The position numbers and the translations under genes are program-made. DNA of 64,000 nucleotides from Amoebidium appalachense (lineage: Eukaryota > Protista > Ichthyosporea): assembly GCA_963693365.1 (NCBI GenBank), contig CAVNZM010000013.1:2195817-2259816 (forward strand), given 5' to 3'. Numbering within the stretch: the stretch's first letter is position 1; each line of letters begins with the position of its first letter. Below, one piece after another: positions 1-11,619 of this stretch. Below the pieces are notes generated by a model. The model made no database searches, was not told the DNA's origin, and worked only from the letters and a program-made list of their open reading frames with translations.

Positions 1-1818
1 TGGCATAAGAAAGCAGCATTTGCCGCCGTGAGAGGTAGCCATCCTGTCAATACAGGGTAGGCCGCAGGGACCGCAGCCAAGACACTACTCGCAGGCTGAG
101 CGTCGTAGACACCCGCGCGTATAGCATCGTAGCTGGCCCTAAGGACAAAGGTCCACAGGGCATGGTGGTGACTGTTCACCAGCCGGGTCGGGAATGGGCA
201 AGGGCCTCCTGCCCACAGCTCGTTGTGACTGATCAGCAGTCTGCACAGCCAGCAGACGGCGCACACCAAACTGCACAGCAGGCAACCCCTTGCGGGCCTT
301 AGGATCGGCAGCCACCAGCAGATCCAGCATACGGGCAAGCGTCAGAGCCTCCCGTTTGTTGCGGTAGCTGACCCAATCCGCCGCGTGGACAGCCGCAGTG
401 ACCGAGGACTGATCAGCCAAGGTGCTCTTGAGATAGGAAGGGGCCAGACGTTCTGTGACGCGCAGGTTGACTTTGTCGCCGCTGGAGAGCAGATAACAGC
501 TGGGGTTGGGTTTGGAACGGCCAGAGGAACGACGGCTGCGAGAGGAACGACCGTAGCCACTGCTGCTGGAAGAAGAATCCTCACTCGACAATGGGGTGTC
601 TTCACTGCCCGTGTCAGACACATGGACAGGCTCCTTGCCCTTTGCCCGCGCAGACAGCGTGCTCAGCAGGCCGCCAGCAGAGGGCTTCTTGGGGCGACGA
701 CCAGACTGGGCAACAGAGAGGGCTTGCACTTGGGCAGAAAGCGCCTGCAGCTGCTCTTGGATGTCTACACCGTCAGAACGTCGCTGGGGAGAGGGCGACC
801 CAGGTGGGGGGGAGGCACGGCAGCTGCGAGGAGTGCGACAGAGCAAGTGCAGCTGGTCGGTGACTTTCCAACCGACCATCTCAGGGTCATCAAAAGCCAC
901 CGAGCGCGCCTTGAGGGCTGAAACCACACTGTTGACGGTTTCTGCCGGCAGGCTGTTCCAGGGGAGGGCGTTGGACTGCAAAACGGCCAGACTTTTGAGA
1001 CTTGCGTCGTCCGCATCGGTAGAGATCTCCAAAAGCTTTTCGAGGAGAGCTGCCCCCTTGGCGACCAGAGCAGATGGAGGGGCCATTGCAATGCTCACAA
1101 ACCCGACTAGAGCACGAAAACTTAAAAACGAAGACTGGAAAATGCAAAAACGTGGGAAAACCGACACCGCAAAAAACGTCCGAAAACCAGCGAAAACGCA
1201 ATGGCGCGCACGCAAAACTCTTACCAGATGCTGCCGAAGCTAAGCGCGCGCTCCTGGGCAAAAAAAACTAGAGAAAAAACGAACAAGAGCGCGAAAAATG
1301 GGGACTAGAGTTGCAAAAACTTAGCTAAAAAATTGGGCCTAAAGAGACCTAAACGCGCTCAGTAGCGTCGCAACTGACCTCCCTGGGGCCGCGCGAGCTC
1401 ATTATAGAGCGCGGCCCACATTTTTGCCTATGGAAATATGAAGAAATGATTTAGAACCTATCAAATCCATGAAATCTACCAAAATGGAATTTTTGCTGCA
1501 CATCAACCAATGAAAAATTTTCACAAGTGGCTAAAACCCCTAGATCATAAAGACCAAATCGATTGCCGCCCATTTCGGAGTAGATATAACTCAAACTCAT
1601 CAATATATCCATATGGCATATCCCACAGAACATAAAAACAGCTACAGCTCCCTAAATAAAAATGCTAGCAGCCTGAAACTTTGCACACACATCAAACACA
1701 CCATGGCCTACAGCATTATACTACCACGAAGTTTACAGCACACTCGCAACACACAATTTCACTCCAACGGGGCTATCTAATTCTCCTGCAAAGAAAACAC
1801 GTTTACAAACTTAATATT
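1..1818 (-). mobile_element. Family A YR retrotransposon, internally deleted copy (A1 + most of gag fused to a pol fragment)
   Basis: A repeat at ~1313-1816 ends ...aaacttaata-TT. gag MAPPSALVAKG... is joined to pol via cgttg microhomology at ~225. Nearly duplicates 4745-6569. Confidence 0.9.
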
Positions 1819-2863
1819 TGCCGCCGTGAGAGGTAGCCATCCTGTCAATACAGGGTAGGCCGCGGGGAACGCAGCCAAGACACTACTCGCAGGCTGAGCG
1901 TTGTAGACACCCGCGCGTATAGCATTGTAGCTGGCCCTAAGGACAAAGGTCCACAGGGCATGGTGGTAGTCAACCAACCGGGTCGGGAATGGGCAAGGGC
2001 CGCCTGCCCACAGCTCGTTGAGGGCACCAAGACAACGGTTAGCCAAGGTAACCCCCTTCAGGCGGTGAGACAGGCGTTGCCGACGGCGTTGACTCCGTAG
2101 ACGGGCTTGTCCAGAACGGTCCGGCACAGGAATGGCCGGAACAGGAAACAAATCAGAGGCGGCAAAGACATGACGTGGCATAGCTGTGGAATCCTTAGAA
2201 AAATTAGGGGCCATATTTAATCAAGGGCACGTGGCAGGAAGCCACAAGAAAATAATATACAGAACCGCGTTCCGAACCCCCAAAGGGCCGTTTAGGCCCT
2301 GTGCCCACCGGTCCCCGGAGGGGTCGATGGACCGGCTCCGGATGGGCCACTGCCGGGACCGCGCCGAGCCCGGGTGACTTCGGCGAGGGTCTTGGCTTGA
2401 CGAACAGCCCGGGTGGCCAAGGCAGGGCGCAGGGGCAGGCTGCGCGCAGGGAGCTCCTCAAACTGCTCTGCAACAGCCCAGTCCCCGTTGGACTGATCAG
2501 CAGTCTGCACAGCCAGCAGACGGCGCACACCAACTTCCACAGCAGGTGACTCCTTGCGGGCCTTAGGGTCGGCGGCCAGCAGCAGATCCAGCATACGGGC
2601 AAGCGTCAGAGCCTCCCGTTTGTTGCGGTAGCTGACCCAATCCGCCGCGTGGACAGCCGCAGTGACCGAGGCCTGGTCAGCAAGGGTGCTCTTGAGGTAG
2701 GAAGGGGCCAGACGTTCTTTGACGCGCAGGTTGACTTTGGCACCGCTGGAGAGCAGATAACGGCTGGGGGTGGGTTTGGAACGGCCAGAGGAACGACGGC
2801 GGCGAGAGGAACGACCGTAGCCACTGCTGCTGGAATCAGAATCCTCACTCGACGATGGGGTGT
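1819..2863 (-). mobile_element. Family A fragment (gag C-terminal half + pol N-terminus)
   Basis: ORFs 2292..3056 (gag C-term) and 1777..2214 (MAPNFSKDSTAMPRH = pol start). Interrupted at ggca-TT-tgcc by the copy at 1-1818. Confidence 0.9.
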
Positions 2864-4325
2864 CTGTTCGGAGGCTGTTGGCATTTCTGGGCCCGACCGG
2901 CTTGTGTACCCGGCCCTCAAGACCGTGCCCATGGGCTGGGTGCATTCTGTGCTTGTGGCTCAAGACGTCCATGGGCAGTTGGCTGACGAATCCGGCATGC
3001 TCCGCATTGAGCGCCTCTGTCCCATAGTGCCGCGGCCTGTGGAGGCCACGCAGCATGCCCTGTCAGTGGACGACTGTGGCTGGGTTGGCACAGATGCCAC
3101 CGCCATCAATCGTCAGCGTGAATCGTATCATGGCGTCACCGGCCCGGCTGGTCTTCCCTCCAATGTCAAGAAGGATGTGGCTGCTGGTTCGTCGTCGTCT
3201 ATTGTGCTGCCAGGCCTGGAAGTGCATCGCTCTGGCATATTGCGCCCGTCTGGCGCTTCCTTGTGCCGTCTGGTGGCGGAAACCCAGGCCGTGTTGCGTC
3301 GTGGTGTCGTCACGCAGCTCCGTTTGCAGCAGTTGCTTGGTGGTTGGGTGTGGGCGGCACTGCTGCAGCGGCCGCTTTTGTCGGTTCTGAGTGCTGTCTA
3401 CAGTTTTGTGGAGCAGCTAGGGGATTGGGAACAGCCCCTTCCCCCGCCCGTGGTGTGGGAGCTTCAGGCGATGTGTGCTTTGGCCCCTTTGATGCGTTGT
3501 GATTTGCGTTCTGGGTTTGCTAGCACCATGTTCGGGACTGATGCTTCCTTGTTGGGTGGTGCAGTGGTGTCCCGGGTGCTTCCAGCAACGCTTTTCCGCG
3601 AAGTGCTGCCTCACTGCAACCGGCGTGGCCACTACAGCCAGCTGTCTGGTCCTGTGCACAAGCCAAGCCCGTCCGCCCCCCCGGCACCTATCCTGGCAGC
3701 TGTTGGTGGCCGGTGGACCACCAACATCAGTCATCGTTGGCGCCACTCCGACCACATCAACATTCTGGAAGGAGAAGCCTTGCTCCTGGGGCTTCGTCGA
3801 TTTGGTCGGTCTACGGCTGCCCGGGGCTCCCGCTACCTTTGGGCCCTTGATTCGACGGCGCTGCTTGGGGCTGTTGCTAAGGGTCGTTCAGCATCCCGAC
3901 GAATTAACCGGGAATGCCGCCAGGTGGCTGCCTACACGCTTACCCTCGACATTCGTTTGCATTGTGTGTGGCTGCCGTCAGCCCACAATCCTGCAGATGG
4001 TCCCTCGCGGTTTTCTGGCTGACCAGGCCATAAAGCCCCTAACCCTCAAGGCCTACGTTAGCATAAGAATATTTAGTTTGTAAACGTGTTTTCTTTGCAG
4101 GAGAATTAGATAGCCCCGTTGGAGTGAAATTGTGTGTTGCGAGTGTGCTGTAAAATTCGTAGTAGTAGCATGGTGTAGGCCTTTGCCCACCCACCACACC
4201 CTTTGCCTATTTAGGCACTAGGCTACGTTTTTTGAGCATGTTTCTGTATGACATTTGTCATTCTTTTCATTGCTCCTGTGGAGCACACCTGTGCCTGCTT
4301 GTGAGATTGATCCACAGGCACCAGC
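2864..4325 (+). mobile_element. Family A inverted, multiply deleted copy (RT C-half/RNaseH, B-A junction, spacer, partial B2)
   Basis: ORF 2649..4022 carries PMGW, SVDD (mutated YVDD), TDAS, NPADGPSR. gcataagaatatttag junction at ~4061-4077. Confidence 0.88.
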
Positions 4326-6569
4326 TCACGGCACTCAGAACCCAACCACCAAGCAACTGCTGCAAACGGAGCTGCGTGACGACACCACGACGCAACACGG
4401 CCAGGGTGTCCGCCACCAGACGGCACAAGGAAGCACCAGACGGGCAAAAAATTCCAGAGCAATGCATTTCAAGGCATATCAGCTCCATAGCGGACGACGA
4501 ACCAGCAGCCACATCCTTCTTGACGTTGGAGGGAAGACCAGCCGGGCCGGTGACGCCATGATACGATTCACGCTGACGAACGTGATGCGCCGGTCGGATG
4601 CGGCGCAGCTCTGCAGGCGTCGGCGGAACAGGCTTGAGAAGGCCGCCGTCGCAGTTGGCCAAAAACGGCTGCAGTTTAGGAGACAAAAACTGCAACATGT
4701 CCACTGTGGCTCCAACCCCAGGGGATGGCAAAGCAGACGACGTTGGCATAAGAAAGCAGCATTTGCCGCCGTGAGAGGTAGCCATCCTGTCAATACAGGG
4801 TAGGCCGCAGGGACCGCAGCCAAGACACTACTCGCAGGCTGAGCGTCGTAGACACCCGCGCGTATAGCATCGTAGCTGGCCCTAAGGACAAAGGTCCACA
4901 GGGCATGGTGGTGACTGTTCACCAGCCGGGTCGGGAATGGGCAAGGGCCTCCTGCCCACAGCTCGTTGTGACTGATCAGCAGTCTGCACAGCCAGCAGAC
5001 GGCGCACACCAAACTGCACAGCAGGCAACCCCTTGCGGGCCTTAGGATCGGCAGCCACCAGCAGATCCAGCATACGGGCAAGCGTCAGAGCCTCCCGTTT
5101 GTTGCGGTAGCTGACCCAATCCGCCGCGTGGACAGCCGCAGTGACCGAGGACTGATCAGCCAAGGTGCTCTTGAGATAGGAAGGGGCCAGACGTTCTGTG
5201 ACGCGCAGGTTGACTTTGTCGCCGCTGGAGAGCAGATAACAGCTGGGGTTGGGTTTGGAACGGCCAGAGGAACGACGGCTGCGAGAGGAACGACCGTAGC
5301 CACTGCTGCTGGAAGAAGAATCCTCACTCGACAATGGGGTGTCTTCACTGCCCGTGTCAGACACATGGACAGGCTCCTTGCCCTTTGCCCGCGCAGACAG
5401 CGTGCTCAGCAGGCCGCCAGCAGAGGGCTTCTTGGGGCGACGACCAGACTGGGCAACAGAGAGGGCTTGCACTTGGGCAGAAAGCGCCTGCAGCTGCTCT
5501 TGGATGTCTACACCGTCAGAACGTCGCTGGGGAGAGGGCGACACAGGTGGGGGGTTGGCACGGCAGCTGCGAGGAGTGCGACAGAGCAAGTGCAACTGGT
5601 CGGTGACTTTCCAACCGACCATCTCAGGGTCATTAAAAGCCACCGAGCGCCTTGAGGGCTGAAACCACACTGTTGATGGTTTCTGCCGGCAGGCTGTTCC
5701 CGGGGAGGGCATTGGACTGCAAAACGGTCAGACTTTTGAGACTTGCGTCGTCCGCATCGGTAGAGATCTCCAAAAGCTTTTCGAGGAGAGCGGCCCCCTT
5801 GGCGACCAGAGCAGGAGGAGGGGCCATGCAATGCTCACAAACCGGACTAGAGCACGAAAACTTGAAAATGAAGACATGAAAATGCAACAAAAAAAAAACG
5901 CTGGAAAAACGACATCTTAAAAAACGTTCGAAAACCAGCTAAAACGCAACGGCGAGCACGCAAAACTCTTACCAGATGCTGCCGAAGCTAAGACCGCGCT
6001 CCTGGGCAAAAAAAACTAGAGAAAAAACGAACAACAGCGCGAAAAACGGAGACTAGAGTTGCAAAAAAATTGGCTAAAAGATTGGGCCTAAAGAGACCTA
6101 AACGCGCTCAGTAGCGCCGCAACTGACCTCCCTGGGGCCGCGCAAGCTCATTATATAACGCGGCCAACATTTTTGCCTATGGAAAAATGAAGGAATGACT
6201 TAGAACCTATCAAATCCATGAAATCTACCAAAATGGAATTTTTGCTGCACATCAACCAATGAAAAATTTTCACAAGTGGCTAAAACCCCTAGATCACAAA
6301 GACCAAATCAATTGCCACCCATTTCGGACTAGATATAACTCAAACTCATCAATATATCCACATATGGCATATCCCACAGGACATAAAAACAACTACAGCT
6401 CCATAAATAAAAATGCTAGCAGCCTGAAACTTTGCACACACATCAAACACACCAACGCCTACCATATATTACTACTACGAATTTTACAGCACACTCGCAA
6501 CACACAATTTCACTCCAACGGGGCTATCTAATTCTCCTGCAAAGAAAACACGTTTACAAACTAAATATT
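4326..6569 (-). mobile_element. Family A deleted copy (pol pieces, frameshifted gag, A1)
   Basis: Same gag/pol deletion junction as 1-1818. A1 ends ctaaata-TT at 6568-6569. Confidence 0.88.
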
Positions 6570-7528
6570 GAGTAAACAAAGTTTGTTCCCGACCATACCA
6601 TTGTATGCATTGTTCAGACCGTTCATTCACGATGTATGGCCTTCTTAACCCGACCCATGTACATGTGTGTCTTTAGGTGGCATCTATTTGGGGCAGTATG
6701 TACATTATGTGAATGCTAAAAGATACTTCTTATGCCAACGTCGTCTTTACCAGCCCCAGCAAGGGGATACATGAGCCGGTGCCTGTGGATCAATCTCACA
6801 AGCAGGCACAGGTGTGCTCCACAGGAGCAATGAAAAGAATGACAAATGTCATACAGAAACATGCTCAAAAAACGTAGCCTAGTGCCTAAATAGGCAAAGG
6901 GTGTGGTGGGTGGGCAAAAACTTAGCTAAAAAATTGGGCCTAAAGAGACCTAAACGCGCTCAGTAGCGCCGCAACTGACCTCCCTGGGGCCGCGCTCTAT
7001 AATAAGCTCATTATAGAGCGCGGCCCACATTTTTGCCTATGGAAATATGAAGAAATGATTTAGAACCTATCAAATCCATGAAATCTACCAAAATGGAATT
7101 TTTTGCTGCACATCAACCAATGAAAAATTTTCACAAGTGGCTAAAACCCCTAGATCATAAAGACCAAATCGATTGCCGCCCATTTCGGACTAGATATAAC
7201 TCAAACTCATCAATATATCCATATGGCATATCCCACAGAACATAAAAACAGCTACAGCTCCCTAAATAAAAATGCTAGCAGCCTGAAACTTTGCACACAC
7301 ATCAAACACACCATGGCCTACAGCATTATACTACCACGAAGTTTACAGCACACTCGCAACACACAATTTCACTCCAACGGGGCTATCTAATTCTCCTGCA
7401 AAGAAAACACGTTTACAAACTTAATATTCTTATGCCAACGTCGTCTTTACCAGCCCCAGCAAGGGGATACATGAGCCGGTGCCTGTGGATCAATCTCACA
7501 AGCAGGCACAGGTGTGCTCCACCACTCC

Positions 7529-8458
7529 CTACCTGGCACGGGAAGGAACGAACCATGCCGTGGGTGACTGACGCAGCGCTGCAGCCCGGGCAAGGAGCGA
7601 CGCAGGCACGCGAATAGAAAGAACAAGAGACTGGCCGGCCTGCACATACCGGCGGAGGGAGGCATGCGATCTCCATCGACCACGCAGAGCAATCGTCTCT
7701 ACTGAAACACCCCTGACATAGTCTCTCGAGGCACCACCATGGCGAAGACTGTGAAGATGGAACCCATACTCGTTGAGGCCGAGGGAGTCACATGCCGCTT
7801 GGAACTTGGCACGCAGAACATCATACGAGAAAGGAAACAGCCGCGCAGAAGGGGGGGCGCCACGGAACCAGAAAGACAAGATGGCCAACAGGGACGGATC
7901 GGTGATGGGGACAAACTGATTTGGACCGGTCTTGGTGTCGGCCAGGCGGATGCCGCCTGTACCGGGTGGCATGTCGTGGGGAACGGGGTCGTCGGGCAAA
8001 ATAAGATCCGCACGGGTGAGCATAAGCAGCTCACTGACACGAAAATAACACTCAAATCCAAGCAAAACAGCAATACCAAACAAGGGGCCAATTTTGGAAT
8101 ACAAATGATGGCCAATGACGAGGACCAATGAAAACGGAAGCGGGGGCGTGGTCTTTGCTGGAACAAGCCGGTTCCAGCCCTGCAGGCTCCGTTGGGCGGC
8201 CTGCAGGTGTGGACCCAGGCGTGGCATGAAATGCTTGATGCCGGCAGCTGTGTTGACACAGCGCTGACGCTGGCCACGCGATGGATCAATGGCATAACAC
8301 TCCTCAAAATACTCCACCAGGAGGTCGTCCAGTTCGGCGGGGGACTTGGTGTCGGTACCAGGGGGCAACCAATCCAGGAACTCAACAACAGCATCCCGGT
8401 AGGCCTTGAGGGTTGGGGGCTTTATGGCCTGGTCAGCCAGAAAACCGCGAGGGACCAT
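7529..8458 (-). CDS. Tyrosine recombinase (lambda-integrase fold) of family A
   Basis: Catalytic R-K-H-R-W-Y set: YFRVSELL, DTKTG, HSLRHGGA, GRW, RRYV. Probable ATG at 8458 (MVPRGFL) overlaps the end of pol. About 309 aa. Confidence 0.93.
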   Translation of the reverse strand: MVPRGFLADQAIKPPTLKAYRDAVVEFLDWLPPGTDTKSPAELDDLLVEYFEECYAIDPSRGQRQRCVNTAAGIKHFMPRLGPHLQAAQRSLQGWNRLVPAKTTPPLPFSLVLVIGHHLYSKIGPLFGIAVLLGFECYFRVSELLMLTRADLILPDDPVPHDMPPGTGGIRLADTKTGPNQFVPITDPSLLAILSFWFRGAPPSARLFPFSYDVLRAKFQAACDSLGLNEYGFHLHSLRHGGASRDYVRGVSVETIALRGRWRSHASLRRYVQAGQSLVLSIRVPASLLARAAALRQSPTAWFVPSRAR

Positions 8459-10487
8459 CTGCAGGATTGTGGGCTGACGGCAGCCACACACAATACAAAC
8501 GAATGTCGAGGGCAAGCGTGTAGGCAGCCACCTGACGGCATACACGGTTCAGGCGTCGGGATGCTGAACGACCCTTAGCAACAGCCCCAAGCAGCGCCGT
8601 CGAATCAAGGCCCCAAAGGTAGCGGGAGCCCCGGGCAGCCGTAGACCGACCTAATCGACGAAGCCCCAGGAGCAAGGCTTCTCCCTCCAGAATGTTGATG
8701 TGGTCGGAGTGGCGCCAACGATGACTGATGTTGGTGGTCCACCGGCCACCAATAGCTGCCAGGATAGGTGCCGGGGGGGCGGACGGGCTTGGCTCGTGCA
8801 CAGGACCAGACAGCTGGCTGTAGTGGCCACGCCGGTTGCAGTGAGGCAGCACTTCGCGGAGAAGCGTTGCTGGAAGCGCCCGGGACACCACTGCACCACC
8901 CAACAAGGAAGCATCAGTGCAGAACATGGTGCTAGCAAACCCAGAACGCAAATCACAACGCACCAAAGGGGCCAAAGCACACATCGCCTGAAGCTCCCAC
9001 ACCACGGGCGGGGGAAGGGGCTGTTCCCGACCCCCCAGCTGCTCCACAAAACTGTAGACGGCACTCAGAACCGACAAAAGCGGCCGCTGCAGCAGTGCCG
9101 CCCACACCCAACCACCAAGCAACTGCTGCAAACGGAGCTGCGTGACGACACCACGACGCAACACGGCCTGTGTTTCCGCCACCAGACGGCACAAGGAAGC
9201 GCCAGACGGGCGCAATATCCCAGAGCGATGCATTTCCAGGCCTAGCAGCACCATAGAGGACGAGGAACCAGCAGCCACATCCTTCTTGACATTGGAGGGA
9301 AGACCAGCCGGGCCGGTGACGCCATGATACGATTCACGCTGACGATTGATGGCGGTGGCATCTGTGCCGACCCAGCCACAGTCGTCCACATACAGGGCAT
9401 GCTGCGTGGCCTCCACAGGCCGCGGCACTATCGCACAGAGGCGCTCAATGCGGGGCATGCCGGCTCGGTCAGCCAACTGCCCATGGACGTCTTGAGCCAC
9501 AAGCACAGAATGCACCCAGCCCATGGGCACGGTCTTGAGGGCCGGGTACACAAGCCGGTCGGGCCCAGAAATGCCAACAGCCTCCGAAGACACAGGCGGC
9601 AATCCGAAGTACCGCCACAGCCACTCGGGGGCAAGAAGACGATGGAACTGGTTGTCCATGTCCGACTTGCCAAAATAGAGGCAATCCTCAGGCCCCAGCA
9701 ACAGATCGGCAAAATCGGCAGGGTTGGGCAGGTGCACCTGGAGGGCAGGATGATCACGGGCAAAGAACAGGTTGCCACGGCGGCCGTCAAAAATGACGCG
9801 GGCTCTGGTGTCTTTGGGGACCCCAAACAGCCCATTGATGGCCAGTGGTTTTTCCTTCGCCTCGAAATAATGCACCATGCCGCAGTCTTGAAGCCGAAGA
9901 AGCAGGGGACCGTATTCCCCACTGGGAACGTGATGCGCCGGTCGGATGCGGCGCAGCTCTGCTGGCGTCGGCGGAACAGGCTTGAGAAGGCCGCCGTCGC
10001 AGTTGGCCAAAAACGGCTGCAGCGTAGGAGACAAAAACTGCAACACGTCCACTGTGGCTCCAACCCCAGGGGGTGGCAAAGCGGCATTTGCCGCCGTGAG
10101 AGGTAGCCATCCTGTCAATACAGGGTAGGCCGCGGGGAACGCAGCCAAGACACTACTCGCAGGCTGAGCGTCGTAGACACCCGCGCGTATAGCATCGTAG
10201 CTGGCCCTAAGGACAAAGGTCCACAGGGCATGGTGGTGACTGTTCACCAACCGGGTCGGGAATGGGCAAGGGCCGCCTTCCCACAGCTCGTTGAGGGCAC
10301 CAAGACAACGGTTAGCCAAGGTAACCCCCTTCAGGCGGTGAGACAGACGTTGCCGACGGCGTTGACTCCGTAGACGGGCTTGTCCAGAACGGTCCGGCAC
10401 AGGAATGGCCGGAACAGGGAACAAATCAGAGGCGGCAAAGACATGACGTGGCATAGCTGTGGAATCCTTAGAAAAATTAGGGGGCAT
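8433..10487 (-). CDS. Reverse transcriptase-RNase H (pol), intact, 684 aa
   Basis: RT motifs KSDMDNQF, PMGW, YVDD, LLG. DIRS-type RNase H motifs TDAS, HINILE, LDS, NPADGPSR. Confidence 0.95.
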   Translation of the reverse strand: MPPNFSKDSTAMPRHVFAASDLFPVPAIPVPDRSGQARLRSQRRRQRLSHRLKGVTLANRCLGALNELWEGGPCPFPTRLVNSHHHALWTFVLRASYDAIRAGVYDAQPASSVLAAFPAAYPVLTGWLPLTAANAALPPPGVGATVDVLQFLSPTLQPFLANCDGGLLKPVPPTPAELRRIRPAHHVPSGEYGPLLLRLQDCGMVHYFEAKEKPLAINGLFGVPKDTRARVIFDGRRGNLFFARDHPALQVHLPNPADFADLLLGPEDCLYFGKSDMDNQFHRLLAPEWLWRYFGLPPVSSEAVGISGPDRLVYPALKTVPMGWVHSVLVAQDVHGQLADRAGMPRIERLCAIVPRPVEATQHALYVDDCGWVGTDATAINRQRESYHGVTGPAGLPSNVKKDVAAGSSSSMVLLGLEMHRSGILRPSGASLCRLVAETQAVLRRGVVTQLRLQQLLGGWVWAALLQRPLLSVLSAVYSFVEQLGGREQPLPPPVVWELQAMCALAPLVRCDLRSGFASTMFCTDASLLGGAVVSRALPATLLREVLPHCNRRGHYSQLSGPVHEPSPSAPPAPILAAIGGRWTTNISHRWRHSDHINILEGEALLLGLRRLGRSTAARGSRYLWGLDSTALLGAVAKGRSASRRLNRVCRQVAAYTLALDIRLYCVWLPSAHNPADGPSRFSG

Positions 10488-10564
10488 ATTTAATCAAGGG
10501 CACGTGGCAGGAAGCCACAAGAAAATAATATACAGAACCGCGTGCCGAACCCCCAAAGGGCCGT

Positions 10565-11619
10565 TTAGGCCCTGTGGCCACCGGTCCCCGGAGGGGTCGA
10601 TGGACCGGCTCCGGATGGGCCACTGCCGGGACCGCGCCGAGCCCGGGTGACTTCGGCGAGGGTCTTGGCTTGACGAACAGCCCGGGTGGCCAAGGCAGGG
10701 GGCAGGGGCAGGCTGCGCGCAGGGAGCTCCTCAAACTGCTCTGCAACAGCCCAGTCCCCGTTGGACTGATCAGCAGTCTGCACTGCCAGCAGACGGCGCA
10801 CACCAACTTCCACAGCAGGTGACTCCTTGCGGGCCTTAGGGTCGGCGGCCAGCAGCAGATCCAGCATACGGGCAAGCGTCAGAGCCTCCCGTTTGTTGCG
10901 GTAGCTGACCCAATCCGCCGCGTGGACAGCCGCAGTGACCGAGGCCTGGTCAGCCAAGGTGCTCTTGAGGTAGGAAGGGGCCAGACGTTCCTTGACGCGC
11001 AGGTTGACTTTGGCACCGCTGGAGAGCAGATAACGGCTGGGGGTGGGTTTGGAACGGCCAGAGGAACGACGGCGGCGAGAGGAACGACCGTAGCCACTGC
11101 TGCTGGAATCAGAATCCTCACTCGACGATGGGGTGTCTTCACTGCCGGTGTCGTACGCATAGACAGGCTCCTTGCCCTTTGCCCGCGCAGACAGCGTGCT
11201 CAGCAGGCCCCGGCAGAGGGCTTCTTGGGGCGACCAGACTGGGCAACAGAGAGGGCTTGCACTTGGGCAGAAAGCGCATGCAGCTGCTCTTGGACGTCTA
11301 CACCGTCAGAACGCCGCTGGGGAGAGGGCGACCCAGGTGGGGGGGAGGCACGGCCGCTGCGAGGAGTGCGACAGAGCAAGTGCAGCTGGTCGGTGACTTT
11401 CCAACCGACCATCTCAGGGTCATCAAAAGCCACCGAGCGCGCCTTGAGGGCTGAAACCACACTGTTGACGGTTTCTGCCGGCAGGCTGTTCCAGGGGAGG
11501 GCGTTGGACTGCAAAACGGCCAGACTTTTGAGACTTGCGTCGTCCGCATCGGTAGAGATCTCCAAAAGCTTTTCGAGGAGAGCGGCCCCCTTGGCGACCA
11601 GAGCAGATGGAGGGGCCAT
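10565..11619 (-). pseudogene. gag-like ORF1 with a 1-bp frameshift near 11208
   Basis: Colinear with the intact 16657-17712 copy but lacks one G (caggccccggc vs caggccgccggc). Could be a sequencing error. Confidence 0.8.

Noticed and set aside
8433-10487. RT as a retron, DGR or group II intron enzyme
   Set aside because: The attached RNase H, adjacent YR and split repeats identify a DIRS-order retrotransposon.
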